Positions 1 through 9,083 of a DNA stretch of 64,000 bases are shown here, piece after piece. The stretch is from an uncultured Gemmatimonadales bacterium (GTDB lineage: Bacteria; Gemmatimonadota; Gemmatimonadetes; Gemmatimonadales; Gemmatimonadaceae). The translations under genes and the position numbers were made by a program. The notes beneath the pieces are model-generated. The model saw only the letters and a list, made by a program, of their open reading frames with translations. It was not told the origin of the DNA and searched no databases. How positions within the stretch are numbered: position 1 is the first letter of the stretch; every line of letters begins with the position of its first letter. Location of the stretch: assembly GCA_963707505.1 (NCBI GenBank), contig CAVPQB010000004.1, positions 224,001 through 288,000 on the forward strand, read 5' to 3'.

Positions 1-551
1 AATGCGGCAAATGCGAACTCCGGTCGCTCATCCCGGACACGTTCCACGAATCTGTCGCCAATGTTGCGATCGATGTCCAGCCAGCCGGAAACCTTCCCCC
101 GATAGTGTGTGATCGCAGTGCGCGCGACGAATGCGGCGCCGCTCCCGATCTGTCTGGACGACGGCAGTCCGCGTCGAATGACACTCAGCGCGCCGATGCT
201 CGAGTCGGCAAGCTCGAACATTGTTTCGGCGTCCTCATTCAGATCGCGATCCAGAAAGCGACACTGCGGCCCGATATAGCTGCGCGCATAGCTCGGCCAT
301 CTGCACGCCGAGTGCGCGCGATCGTACCATCTGAGACCCGGCAGGCCGACGGAACCGGGATGCTGCCCGGTGAGAAACGGAGTATATGCCGGCCCGGTTA
401 CCGAAGGGAATGCGGTAGTGATCGTGTGGAATCCACCATCCTCGGCAAGTTGCGCGAGTGCGGGAAGCTCGCGGGACTGCAGCGCGGCGCCCAGTACGTC
501 CGGGCGTGCGCCGTCGGCCAGCAGGATTATTACAGAGGGGGAAGGGGGCAC
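1..551 (-). CDS. Alkaline phosphatase superfamily (nucleotide pyrophosphatase/phosphodiesterase-like) protein, runs off the window edge
   Basis: Not in the ORF track. Manual translation from GTG at 551 gives MPPSPSVIILLADGARPD...TITTAFPSVTGPAYTPFLTGQHPGSVGLPGLRWYDR, with the xDG metal-binding strand and the PSxT nucleophile motif. Confidence 0.8.
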   Translation of the reverse strand, partial: MPPSPSVIILLADGARPDVLGAALQSRELPALAQLAEDGGFHTITTAFPSVTGPAYTPFLTGQHPGSVGLPGLRWYDRAHSACRWPSYARSYIGPQCRFLDRDLNEDAETMFELADSSIGALSVIRRGLPSSRQIGSGAAFVARTAITHYRGKVSGWLDIDRNIGDRFVERVRDERPEFAFAA

Positions 552-562
552 TAGATTCGGTT

Positions 563-1615
563 ATGGCAAAAACCGCAGCCAGACAATCTAAGAAGACCAA
601 GAAGCGCGCCACACCGACGCTTGTTCGTGATCCCGTCTCTACCGAGCCAGTTCCAACGAAGGCCGCCAAGGCACCAAGGACCGCTTCCGGTAAACGGGTA
701 AACCCGCAACTGCTCAAGCAGGCGAGCAAGACTGCACTGGAGGGAACCAGGGAGCGCACCGAGGCCGGCCACATGATGGCGGGCCGGACCCCTCCATCTC
801 AGGTGAATCCACAGCGTCAGTCCGGTGCCACGCGCAAGGTCGACGAGTCGATCCGCGATACGCCAGAGTACGTCTCGGCTTCCAGCGTAACCGAGGATGA
901 GAAGCTGCTCCAGGCGCCACGCTCCGCGGAGGAGGACTATACCAAGACGGATCCGTGGCGCGTCATGCGCATCACCGCAGAGTTCGTCGAGGGGATGGAT
1001 GCGCTCGCGGACGTTCGGCGCGGGGTTTCGGTATTCGGTTCCGCGCGCACTGCACCGGATGATCCCATGTATCAGGCCGCCGAGGAGACTGGCCGATTGC
1101 TTGCCGCCGCCGGTTTCACCGTTGTCACCGGTGCGGGACCCGGCGTGATGGAGGCCGCGAACAAGGGCGCCAAGGAAGGAGGCGGACACTCGGTCGGCTG
1201 CAACATCGAGCTTCCATTCGAGCAGGGTGCGAACCCGTACGTCGATACGCTTGTGAACTTCCGCTATTTCTTCGTGCGCAAGACGATGTTCGTGAAATAC
1301 TCCAACGCGTTCGTCATCTTTCCGGGCGGATTCGGCACGCTCGATGAAATGTTCGAGGCGATCACGCTGATACAGACCGGCAAGATCTATCAGTTCCCGG
1401 TCATTCTGTTCGGCCGGGCGTACTGGGCAGGACTCGTGCGCTGGCTCCAGTCTAAAGTGCTGGTCGAGCGGAAGATTTCGCCCACCGATCTGGATCTGCT
1501 GATAATGACCGACGATCCGCGCGAAGTCGTGGACACCATATCGCAGGCGTATGTCGCCGAAACGCGTACCGTCGAGCGCCGCAAGATCGGGCCGGCCCAC
1601 TCGGCGGGCAAGTAG
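563..1615 (+). CDS. LOG family (TIGR00730-type) nucleotide phosphoribohydrolase with a long basic low-complexity N-terminal extension
   Basis: Motifs VSVFGSAR, TGAGPGVMEAANKGA, FFVRKTMF and PGGFGTLDE. Start uncertain (ATG 563 or 773). Confidence 0.9.
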   Translation: MAKTAARQSKKTKKRATPTLVRDPVSTEPVPTKAAKAPRTASGKRVNPQLLKQASKTALEGTRERTEAGHMMAGRTPPSQVNPQRQSGATRKVDESIRDTPEYVSASSVTEDEKLLQAPRSAEEDYTKTDPWRVMRITAEFVEGMDALADVRRGVSVFGSARTAPDDPMYQAAEETGRLLAAAGFTVVTGAGPGVMEAANKGAKEGGGHSVGCNIELPFEQGANPYVDTLVNFRYFFVRKTMFVKYSNAFVIFPGGFGTLDEMFEAITLIQTGKIYQFPVILFGRAYWAGLVRWLQSKVLVERKISPTDLDLLIMTDDPREVVDTISQAYVAETRTVERRKIGPAHSAGK

Positions 1616-1644
1616 ATTTGGCAATCAATTCCAACGTGACTACG

Positions 1645-2634
1645 ATGACAGATAACTCTTCCAAAGCACCGATCACCGCATTCATTCGCGAGCATTTCCG
1701 CCATTTCAATGCCGCGACGGTTATCGACGCCGCGGATGCGTACAGCAAGCATCTCGATAACGGTGGCAAGATGCTCGTGACGCTTGCCGGCGCGATGAGT
1801 ACTGCAGAGATCGGGAGATCACTCGCAGACATGATCCGTCAGGACAAGGTCCACGCAATCAGCTGCACGGGCGCCAATCTGGAAGAGGACATCTTCAATC
1901 TTGTGGCGCACGATTACTACGAGCGTGTTCCGCATTACCGCGATCTTACTCCGTCTGATGAGCAGGCGCTGCTGAATCGTCACATGAATCGTGTTACCGA
2001 CACCTGCATCCCCGAGATGGAAGCCATGCGCCGCATCGAGAGCGTCGTGCTCGATGAGTGGGTTGCGGCAGATCGGAAGAAGGAACGCTTTTTCCCGCAT
2101 GAATTCATGTACAAGATTCTTCGCGGCGGAAAGCTCAAGGGCGAATATCAGATCGATCCAAAAAACTCCTGGATGCTCGCGGCGATGGAGAAGAATCTTC
2201 CAATGTTCGTGCCAGGCTGGGAGGATTCCACGCTCGGCAACATGTATTCCGGCCACGTGATAACGGGCGACGTGAAGAATGTGCATACCGTTCGTACCGG
2301 CATCGAGTACATGATCGAGCTCGCAGACTTCTACACAACGCTGACCAGATCCACCTCGCTCGGATTCTTCCAGATCGGTGGAGGGATCGCCGGTGATTTC
2401 CCGATCTGCGTCGTCCCGATGTTGCATCAGGATCTGCAGCGTCCGGAAGTTCCGCTGTGGGGCTATTTCTGCCAGATCAGCGACTCGACCACGAGCTACG
2501 GATCGTATTCCGGCGCCGTCCCGAACGAGAAGATCACGTGGGGCAAGCTGGGCATCGATACTCCCAGGTACATCATCGAGAGCGATGCATCGATCGTCGC
2601 ACCGTTGATGTTCGCGATGATCATGGGTCAGTAG
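1645..2634 (+). CDS. Deoxyhypusine synthase-like protein
   Basis: Motifs LAGAMSTAE, TGANLEED, GWEDSTLG, IGGGIAGDF and SYSGAVPNEKITWGK. Confidence 0.9.
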   Translation: MTDNSSKAPITAFIREHFRHFNAATVIDAADAYSKHLDNGGKMLVTLAGAMSTAEIGRSLADMIRQDKVHAISCTGANLEEDIFNLVAHDYYERVPHYRDLTPSDEQALLNRHMNRVTDTCIPEMEAMRRIESVVLDEWVAADRKKERFFPHEFMYKILRGGKLKGEYQIDPKNSWMLAAMEKNLPMFVPGWEDSTLGNMYSGHVITGDVKNVHTVRTGIEYMIELADFYTTLTRSTSLGFFQIGGGIAGDFPICVVPMLHQDLQRPEVPLWGYFCQISDSTTSYGSYSGAVPNEKITWGKLGIDTPRYIIESDASIVAPLMFAMIMGQ

Positions 2635-2637
2635 GCG

Positions 2638-3024
2638 ATGCAGCCCGTCGCGCGTACGTTCATCGCACTCGGTAGTATCAACGCCGCGCTAGCCGTAATC
2701 CTCGGCGCATTCGGAGCGCATGCGCTCAAGGCGCGGATCTCGCCGGAGATGTTGTCCGTGTATCACACGGCGTCGCAGTACCATTTCTATCACGCACTCG
2801 GCATGTTGCTCATTGGCGCGCTCGCAAGCCAGTTTCGGACTCCTGGAGCGCTGCAACTTTCCGGCTTCCTGATGCTCGCGGGCATCGTACTGTTTTCCGG
2901 CAGCCTTTACATCCTCGCGGTAACCGGTGTTACGTGGCTCGGCGCCATCACACCATTGGGCGGTGTGGCATTCATCGCGGCGTGGGTCGTGCTGGGCTAC
3001 GCGGCGCTGCGGGCGACCACCTAA
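2638..3024 (+). CDS. DUF423 family membrane protein
   Basis: Motifs LGAFGAHAL, YHFYHAL, LFSGSLY and GAITPLGG. Confidence 0.9.
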   Translation: MQPVARTFIALGSINAALAVILGAFGAHALKARISPEMLSVYHTASQYHFYHALGMLLIGALASQFRTPGALQLSGFLMLAGIVLFSGSLYILAVTGVTWLGAITPLGGVAFIAAWVVLGYAALRATT

Positions 3025-3533
3025 CCGGACTTCCGCCCCGCACCATCTCCGGCAGCGAGCGTCTGCTCCAGACGAGTCAGCAACTCCCCCTGCGCCGCGT
3101 TGATTCGCCCGCGCGCTGCCGCCGAATCGAACCAGCCGCAGCGATCCACTTCCGGAAAGGTGATCATACGACCCGATCCGCGCGGCCATTCGGTTGTCAT
3201 GCTGTTACTGACAATCGTGTCTGGATCGGCGTCCCCCTCGAACGCCCATGCATGCACGATCTTGCCGGCGCGCTGCCGGATGCTGCCCAGATCGATGAAC
3301 GGACCCGCAGGTGCGATCCCGGTCTCTTCCTGAAATTCTCTGCGCGCCGCATCCAGGATTGCCTCGCCGGCTTCCACGCCACCCTTGGGTATCGTCCACG
3401 CGCCGTCCTCCCGGTTCGCCCAGAACGGACCGCCCGGGTGCGCCAGGAAGAATTCGAGCGCGGCCGACCCCGCACCGCGGCGAAACAGAAGTAGTCCCGC
3501 ACTGAGGTTGGGGCGGCGAGCCTGTGGACTCAT
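3021..3533 (-). CDS. NUDIX hydrolase
   Basis: HPGGPFW, Nudix box PKGGVEAGEAILDAARREFQEETG, and FPEVDR. Confidence 0.9.
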   Translation of the reverse strand: MSPQARRPNLSAGLLLFRRGAGSAALEFFLAHPGGPFWANREDGAWTIPKGGVEAGEAILDAARREFQEETGIAPAGPFIDLGSIRQRAGKIVHAWAFEGDADPDTIVSNSMTTEWPRGSGRMITFPEVDRCGWFDSAAARGRINAAQGELLTRLEQTLAAGDGAGRKSG

Positions 3534-3690
3534 GAGGGGTTGGATGGTTTGATAGGTGCGTAGGATGAACAGCAGTTCGAATGCGAAGCCACGCCGCGAT
3601 CCGTGGTAATCTATATCTACGTCCGAGCGTATTCATTTGGTCCGTGTTTCTGACCTTTCGCACTTCACAGTACTACACATTCACTTCATG

Positions 3691-4164
3691 TTACTGCGCT
3701 CTCGGGACGAACAGCAACTGCATGGCGTCGCCGTCCGCCAGGAATCCGTGCCTCTCGTACATCGCGCGCGTGCGGATCGTCGGCCAGAGAAACACGGCAT
3801 GGACCTGCCTTCGCGCACTCCACTCGAGAACCCTGGACAGCATGTCGGACCCGATACCGCGCCCGCGAGCCGGCTCCAGCACAAAAAAGTTCGTGAGATA
3901 CGCATGTTCTTCGGGCTCGTCGGTCGGGGTCGGGATCTTCTCAACGAGCTGAATCCAGACGTTTCCGATCAGCCGGTCACCATCTTCAGCGACCCAGCAA
4001 TACCAGCGACCGTCACCCAACCGCTCGATCATCCATGACCGGCAGCGCTCGATAAAATCCCGCGCATCTTCGATGGGCGCCGAGAGATTGGAGCGAAAGT
4101 CGTAGCGAAGCTGGGCTAGCCGTGCGACGTCGTCGCGGCTTGCGTGTCTTATCTGGTAAGCCAT
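3691..4164 (-). CDS. GNAT family acetyltransferase
   Basis: Acetyl-CoA binding motif V..PARGRGIG and C-terminal MYERHGF. Confidence 0.85.
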   Translation of the reverse strand: MAYQIRHASRDDVARLAQLRYDFRSNLSAPIEDARDFIERCRSWMIERLGDGRWYCWVAEDGDRLIGNVWIQLVEKIPTPTDEPEEHAYLTNFFVLEPARGRGIGSDMLSRVLEWSARRQVHAVFLWPTIRTRAMYERHGFLADGDAMQLLFVPRAQ

Positions 4165-4210
4165 CCGATCAGTCGAATACGAATAGATGAGTGGCGGATC
4201 GGGCTGGCGC

Positions 4211-4840
4211 TCAACGCCGGCTTGCCAGCGCGATCCGAAGTCCGAGTCCGATGAATATCATGCCGGTGATCTTGTGCAGTATATCGACCGACTTGCTATT
4301 CGCGCGCACGCGTTCGGCCGCGCGACTCGCACCGAGCGCGACGATCGTGTTCACCGCAGTGCCGGACGTGTCGAAGATCAGGCCGAGCACGACGATCTGC
4401 GCAGCCGCACTTCCGCGTGCGGGATCGACGAACTGTGGCAGGAATGCGAGGAAGAAAAGCGCGACCTTTGGATTCAGAATATTGGTGATTGCACCCTGGC
4501 GAAAGATCGTCGCGAGAGATGCGTGCGCGACTTCTCGTGTCGCGATCGGTGAGTGCTTCGCGAATGCTCGCACGCCCAGATACATGAGATAGATCGCGCC
4601 GCCAATGCGCACGACTGTATACGCGATTGGCACAGCCGCGAGCAGTGCGGCCAGGCCGAGCGCCACCGCGGTAATGTGAAACAGTGTGCCCGTCGCGATG
4701 CCGAGCGAGGAAACAATGCCGGCGGCGCGCCCCTCGCTGGTGCTGCGTGCCGCGACGTAAAGCATGTCGGGTCCAGGTGTCACATTGAGAGCGAGGCCGG
4801 CCGCCATGAAGAGCAGCAGCGAATGTAGCGGAGGAATCAC
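4211..4840 (-). CDS. LysE/RhtB family translocator
   Basis: TPGPDM, GGAIYLMYLG and NILNPKVALFFLAFLPQF; hydrophobic helices. Confidence 0.92.
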   Translation of the reverse strand: MIPPLHSLLLFMAAGLALNVTPGPDMLYVAARSTSEGRAAGIVSSLGIATGTLFHITAVALGLAALLAAVPIAYTVVRIGGAIYLMYLGVRAFAKHSPIATREVAHASLATIFRQGAITNILNPKVALFFLAFLPQFVDPARGSAAAQIVVLGLIFDTSGTAVNTIVALGASRAAERVRANSKSVDILHKITGMIFIGLGLRIALASRR

Positions 4841-5460
4841 GAGGTGGATGACTGGTTCCCCTCACCTCGCCCCCGCGATATCGCGCGCGCATCCACCTCC
4901 GCGATCGCTTGTTGGGCCTGTTGCCAGTCGATGACAGGGGCGACGTCCTCGTCATCGAGCTGCAGCGATTCGGTCGCGCGCTGCACAATCGCTTCGCCAT
5001 TCGGAATCGCCAATCCGAATTCGAGCTCGGCTTGTCTGCACAGCCTTTCTTCGTCCGGTCGTTCAGTCGGATCGGATTTTCCCATCGCGAACACGTGCGC
5101 GTGCATTCCCTCGTGCACGATTGACGACGCGATCTGCGCTTCGGTGAATTCCGGATTCACGCTGAACGTGAGCTCGACCAGACATGTGCGCGAATCGGGA
5201 TAGAACGCCGCGCGGCATGGATAACGCACGACGTGGATGCGGGAAAAATCCTGCGTCAGCTGCGCGAAAGTGGCGGGCCGGTATTGCTGGATGAGTCCAA
5301 GCGCCGTATCGAGGCGCCTGAACACGAGCTCGGAGTTTATGTCGGGGCGCGTGTTGATCAGCGTAACCGGGAGCCCGCGCAGGGTGCGCTTCTCGGTGGC
5401 CCAACCCTGCAACGCGCGCATCGCCTGTACGCGCCATCTTTCAACGAGGTCGCCCAGCAT
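4837..5460 (-). CDS. Hypothetical protein with an HExxH motif (possible zinc metallopeptidase)
   Basis: IASSIVHEGMHA with downstream EE; stop overlaps the lysE start. Confidence 0.6.
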   Translation of the reverse strand: MLGDLVERWRVQAMRALQGWATEKRTLRGLPVTLINTRPDINSELVFRRLDTALGLIQQYRPATFAQLTQDFSRIHVVRYPCRAAFYPDSRTCLVELTFSVNPEFTEAQIASSIVHEGMHAHVFAMGKSDPTERPDEERLCRQAELEFGLAIPNGEAIVQRATESLQLDDEDVAPVIDWQQAQQAIAEVDARAISRGRGEGNQSSTS

Positions 5461-5537
5461 GATCGTAACTTCGCTGGCGACGCTGGGGCTGTCTAGTTGG
5501 GACGCAGTGCGGCGAAGTGCCGCGTTAGTCGGAAGCA

Positions 5538-5585
5538 GTCATCCCGCCCTGCATCGTCATCCCAGCCTTCGGGGGGATGACGATG
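5538..5585. repeat. CGTCAT-tagged REP-like palindrome with a truncated tandem copy
   Basis: 12-bp perfect stem catcgtcatccc (5552-5563) / gggatgacgatg (5574-5585); partial copy gtcatcccgcc at 5538-5548. Confidence 0.75.
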
Positions 5586-5605
5586 GAAGCGTGAGGTCGT
5601 GCCTC

Positions 5606-5782
5606 CTACTTGCCGCCCCCGTGCGGCGCCGCCTTGTTGATCAGCGTGCCGATCGTCATTCCGGCGGCGATTCCGAGCGCGACGGCGACCGGGAGATGGT
5701 GCGTATTGGCGGCGAAGGTGGCGCCCATGGCACCTCCTATGATGATCCAGCGGCCGCGATTGTCATTGGCGTTGACCTGCAT
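5606..5782 (-). CDS. Small (58 aa) Gly-rich membrane protein
   Basis: Below the ORF-track cutoff. MQVNANDNRGRWIIIGGAMGATFAANTHHLPVAVALGIAAGMTIGTLINKAAPHGGGK; GGAG RBS upstream. Confidence 0.6.
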   Translation of the reverse strand: MQVNANDNRGRWIIIGGAMGATFAANTHHLPVAVALGIAAGMTIGTLINKAAPHGGGK

Positions 5783-5883
5783 CGGCTTCTCCGTGCAAAG
5801 GTTCTGTCGCTCGATCGGGCTCTGGAGGCAGCCCAGTTATAGACGTGCCTCGGGCGGCGACGTCACCGGCCCGGGGGGGGCGG

Positions 5884-6384
5884 TTATCCCTTCGTATCGG
5901 CGGAAGGCCCGTAAACAGATGGTAAGGGGACGTCGTTCAGACGCAGATAGACGCTCAACTGCCCACGGTGGTGGATCATGTGGCTCAGGATGAATGACCT
6001 CAATACGGCGGCGCGCGGAAGGGTCCAGACCGTCCTGCCAGCCCTCCGGAGTGTCCAGGGTTCCATCATGTCGGAATCCGACGCCGACTCGATGGCTGCG
6101 CGGGCGCGCCGTACATTCTCGTCGAAAGTGCGAATCAGATTCGCCGTGGAATCGAATTCCGGACTTCTTCCGCCGCCCGACTCGCTCAGGTCCAGCTCGT
6201 CCGCTTCCATTGCTATGAGACCAAGCCGCGGCAGATTGCCGATGTGCGCCGCGAGCTCGCCCAGAGTCCATGACTTGATGTGCGGTGTCCATTGCGCGCG
6301 AGTTTCGGGCACGCGTTCGAGCATCGTGCGAGTTGTCGCCATCTCCTGATCGAACTCTGGAAGCACGCTTGCGGCAATCGACAT
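5884..6384 (-). CDS. DinB family protein
   Basis: MSIAASVLPEFDQEMATT, WTPHIKSWTLGELAAH and HMIHHRGQLSVYLRL..VPLPSVYGPSAD; CAGGAG RBS. Confidence 0.9.
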   Translation of the reverse strand: MSIAASVLPEFDQEMATTRTMLERVPETRAQWTPHIKSWTLGELAAHIGNLPRLGLIAMEADELDLSESGGGRSPEFDSTANLIRTFDENVRRARAAIESASDSDMMEPWTLRRAGRTVWTLPRAAVLRSFILSHMIHHRGQLSVYLRLNDVPLPSVYGPSADTKG

Positions 6385-6419
6385 CTCATTCTCCTGACAG
6401 AGTCGCGACGGAGAATTTT

Positions 6420-6706
6420 CTAACGCTTCTCCGCCGAAGAGTCGAGCTCGAATACAGGAAGCTGCAACCCCCAGAGGATTGCCGCTAGACGTAGCCCGGC
6501 AATCAGCACCATTCCGGCGAACGAGGGGATGGGGCGCGGGACGCCCAGTGCCTCCAGCGCGACGCGAACCATGCCACCGGCGGATCTGTGATCGTGCCGA
6601 GCACGACGCAGCTCGCTGGCGGAAGCCCCGTCCGCTCGGCGATCTGCGCTCCGCTGACGGCGAACACCGACACGCCAACAAAGTCGAGTACTGCAGGTAG
6701 CGTCAC
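6420..6706 (-). pseudogene. Internally deleted, frameshifted remnant of a TRIC/UPF0126 family membrane protein gene
   Basis: N-terminus VTLPAVLDFVGVSVFAVSGA in one frame, C-terminus AGGMVR...LRLAAILWGLQLPVF* in another; 287 nt, about half the usual length. Confidence 0.6.
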
Positions 6707-6720
6707 GCGTTTCTCGCGCG

Positions 6721-7251
6721 CTACACCGCCATCCCGTACCGATCCTTTAGTATTCCGATGTGATGCGTGGCGTGGCCGGTGATGATGTACGCCAGAGCGC
6801 GTGCACTCACCGTGAATCCGCTGGCTGTCCCGGTTCGGAGCCACGCGTCGGTGTCGATCTCGTTCGCGAGCGCGAGCGTCGCCGCGCGAGTTGCGCGAAA
6901 CGAATCGACGAGAGTGCCGATCGATAGACGGTCGAAATGCGCGGCATCGACGTACGGCTGCTGATCGAAGCCGGGTAGCGGCGTCTGGTCGCCGCGCGCG
7001 ATGCGGAGCATGCGGCACGCGAAGATTCGCTCGGCGTCCGTGATGTGGCCGACGACTTCCTTCACGCTCCACTTATCCGGCGCATAGCGGTGCAGCGCCT
7101 GAGCGTCGCCAAGCGAGCGGAGTGCGTCCAGAGCCCCGAGCTGCGTGACGAGCGTCTCGAGCGCGTTCTGCCCCGCGACGGGCGCGATGTAGGTGTTGTA
7201 ATAGGGCGCGTATTCGTCGGCGCCGGGATGGGAGAGCACGTGAGTCGTCAT
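6721..7251 (-). CDS. DinB/YfiT family protein
   Basis: EYAPYYNTYI, YAPDKWSVKEVVGHITDAERIF, LPGFDQ and GHATHH. Confidence 0.9.
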   Translation of the reverse strand: MTTHVLSHPGADEYAPYYNTYIAPVAGQNALETLVTQLGALDALRSLGDAQALHRYAPDKWSVKEVVGHITDAERIFACRMLRIARGDQTPLPGFDQQPYVDAAHFDRLSIGTLVDSFRATRAATLALANEIDTDAWLRTGTASGFTVSARALAYIITGHATHHIGILKDRYGMAV

Positions 7252-7283
7252 CAGTTCCGTGTCAGTTCCGTGTCAGTTCCGTT
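7251..7283. repeat. Three tandem copies of an 11-bp unit (tcagttccgtg)
   Basis: Copies at 7251-7261, 7262-7272 and 7273-7283 (last base differs); abuts the dinB start codon. Confidence 0.9.
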
Positions 7284-7286
7284 GGG

Positions 7287-7817
7287 TTACCAGGCTATCA
7301 GCGCCCCGACGCCATACGGCACCGCGGCCGTGCACGCCGGTGCGGTGCCGACGTAGCTCTGGTCCAAGGTAACGACTTCCGATCGCAGCGAGAAATGCAT
7401 CTCCCACACGCGCCCGCTCGCGAGGTAAGTACGCTCGCCAGCGGTGTAGTCCATCTCGAGCCGGACGCAGCAGATCCGGTCTTCGGAAATTCGCGCGTTG
7501 TCGAGCTGCGTGCGCAGCCAGAGCCGAAGACGGTCGACCAGCCCAATTGCGTCCACATCCGCATCGTTGAGCGTGCAGCGGCGCGCGAGGACGTCGAGAA
7601 CGAGCAGCCCGCCCTGCGGATGATTGAGCCGCACCTCGTTGGGGTAGCGCCGGTCCACCGTAACCATATTGCACAGTGAGTTGGCGACGGTCTGGAGCGC
7701 CCTGTGGCGCTGTTTGTCACGTTGGCGCCACGCGTTGCGTCCGAGCTCTGACATGAGCGCAAGCGGCGGCATGTAGTCGGTAAGGGCAGCAAGCCACAGC
7801 GTCGGCCTCGCGTTCAT
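7287..7817 (-). CDS. Hypothetical protein
   Basis: 176-aa ORF with ATG start, co-oriented with neighbours; no motif recognised. Confidence 0.55.
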   Translation of the reverse strand: MNARPTLWLAALTDYMPPLALMSELGRNAWRQRDKQRHRALQTVANSLCNMVTVDRRYPNEVRLNHPQGGLLVLDVLARRCTLNDADVDAIGLVDRLRLWLRTQLDNARISEDRICCVRLEMDYTAGERTYLASGRVWEMHFSLRSEVVTLDQSYVGTAPACTAAVPYGVGALIAW

Positions 7818-7867
7818 ACAGCAATCCTGGTGACGACAGTCATTGGCACAATGGGGTAGCTCTGGAG

Positions 7868-8140
7868 CTATCGTAGAAAACGGTCTGCCAGCTGCACCAG
7901 ACGGTCGTCGTTTGCGCCTTCCGCTCTGTCGCGAATCCGGCGAACGTGCTCGTGCAACCTGCGCTCACCCCAGTAGTATCCCGTCGCTTCCTCGGCGCTC
8001 GCAGTCTCGCCGGCTCGCGCCGCTTCGAGTAGAGCGGCTGCGGCAGCTGCGTCGAACGTGGGATCGTCGCGCTCGGGAAGCGCATAGTTGCGGCGCGGTA
8101 CGGTTCCACCTGCATCTTCGTTGACAAATGCTCGCGACAA
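7868..8140 (-). CDS. Small hypothetical protein with an MSRAFVxED N-terminus
   Basis: The N-terminal peptide resembles a GreA/GreB-like subfamily, but the Gre C-terminal domain is absent; TTG start. Confidence 0.6.
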   Translation of the reverse strand: MSRAFVNEDAGGTVPRRNYALPERDDPTFDAAAAAALLEAARAGETASAEEATGYYWGERRLHEHVRRIRDRAEGANDDRLVQLADRFLR

Positions 8141-8285
8141 GTCGGGCCGGCTCGGGTTGGGCTGGGTTGAAAACGTCCGTATTGCAAGATCGGTACTAGA
8201 GACGGCCGGAAGGCGCGGTGGGAAGCTGGTACACGGGCCATCATCCCCGGCGAATGTCGTCGTCCCGCCGAAGGCTCCGTCGCGT

Positions 8286-9020
8286 CTAATTCTTCAGGAA
8301 ATAATCCACGGTCGAAACCACGCGGACCGTTTTCGCGACCTGGCTCTCCTCAGTGATCCCCTGGGCCTGATCGCGCGGGAGGATCTCGAACACTCCCTGA
8401 CTCGCCTGGCGAATGCCACCGAGGTCGCTCTTGGAGTCGGTGGCGAACCTGGCGGCGGCTTCGCGGGCTCGCGCCGTGGCCTCGCCGATCATCACCGGCT
8501 TGAGCTTGTTGAGACCGGTGAAGACAAAGGTCGGGCCACCGTTTCCATACTCGCCGCCCGATGACAGGACCACGCCCGAATTGACCAACTCTGCCACGTG
8601 CTGGCTCGCTGCGAGAACAGTCGTCGGGTCGTTCGAGCGAACGACGATCGTTTGATGGATTACGTAGCGCGTCGGCGCGCGATCGCTTCCACCGTACTGA
8701 TTGGTGAATGCGTCCGAAACCTGGAAATTCGCGAGCGTGGCCTGCGTGGTGTCGATCTTTTGCGCGGCGAGAAACTGCATGATCTTCTGAACGCTCGTCT
8801 GAAGCTTGGCATGCGCGACTGTCAGATCGTTATCGGCAGATACCACTCGCAATGGCCAGATCGCGAGGTCGGCCTGGACGTCGCGCTCCGCAACGCCCTT
8901 CACTGTCACGAACCGGTCGGCGGAGCGACCGCGCGCGAAGCCGTTTCCGATCAGGAGGCCGCCGATCGCTACTCCGAGTGCCAGGAGGATGGCGGGTACT
9001 GTTGACTGCTCCATCTTCAT
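8286..9020 (-). CDS. SIMPL (DUF541) domain protein
   Basis: N-terminal TM, VTVKGVAERDVQADLAIWPL, LGGIRQASQGVFEI and KTVRVVSTVDY. Confidence 0.9.
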   Translation of the reverse strand: MKMEQSTVPAILLALGVAIGGLLIGNGFARGRSADRFVTVKGVAERDVQADLAIWPLRVVSADNDLTVAHAKLQTSVQKIMQFLAAQKIDTTQATLANFQVSDAFTNQYGGSDRAPTRYVIHQTIVVRSNDPTTVLAASQHVAELVNSGVVLSSGGEYGNGGPTFVFTGLNKLKPVMIGEATARAREAAARFATDSKSDLGGIRQASQGVFEILPRDQAQGITEESQVAKTVRVVSTVDYFLKN

Positions 9021-9083
9021 CGCGTTTCTCTCGCTCCGTTATGAATGGAGGGCGCGGCCGCTGGCCGGCCCATTTACGAGCGG

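Noticed and set aside
551..1624. Long antisense ORFs (e.g. 551-1624, 9660-10469, 36245-37192, 44101-45222)
   Set aside because: They are shadows of well-supported genes on the opposite strand, expected in GC-rich DNA, and carry no motifs.
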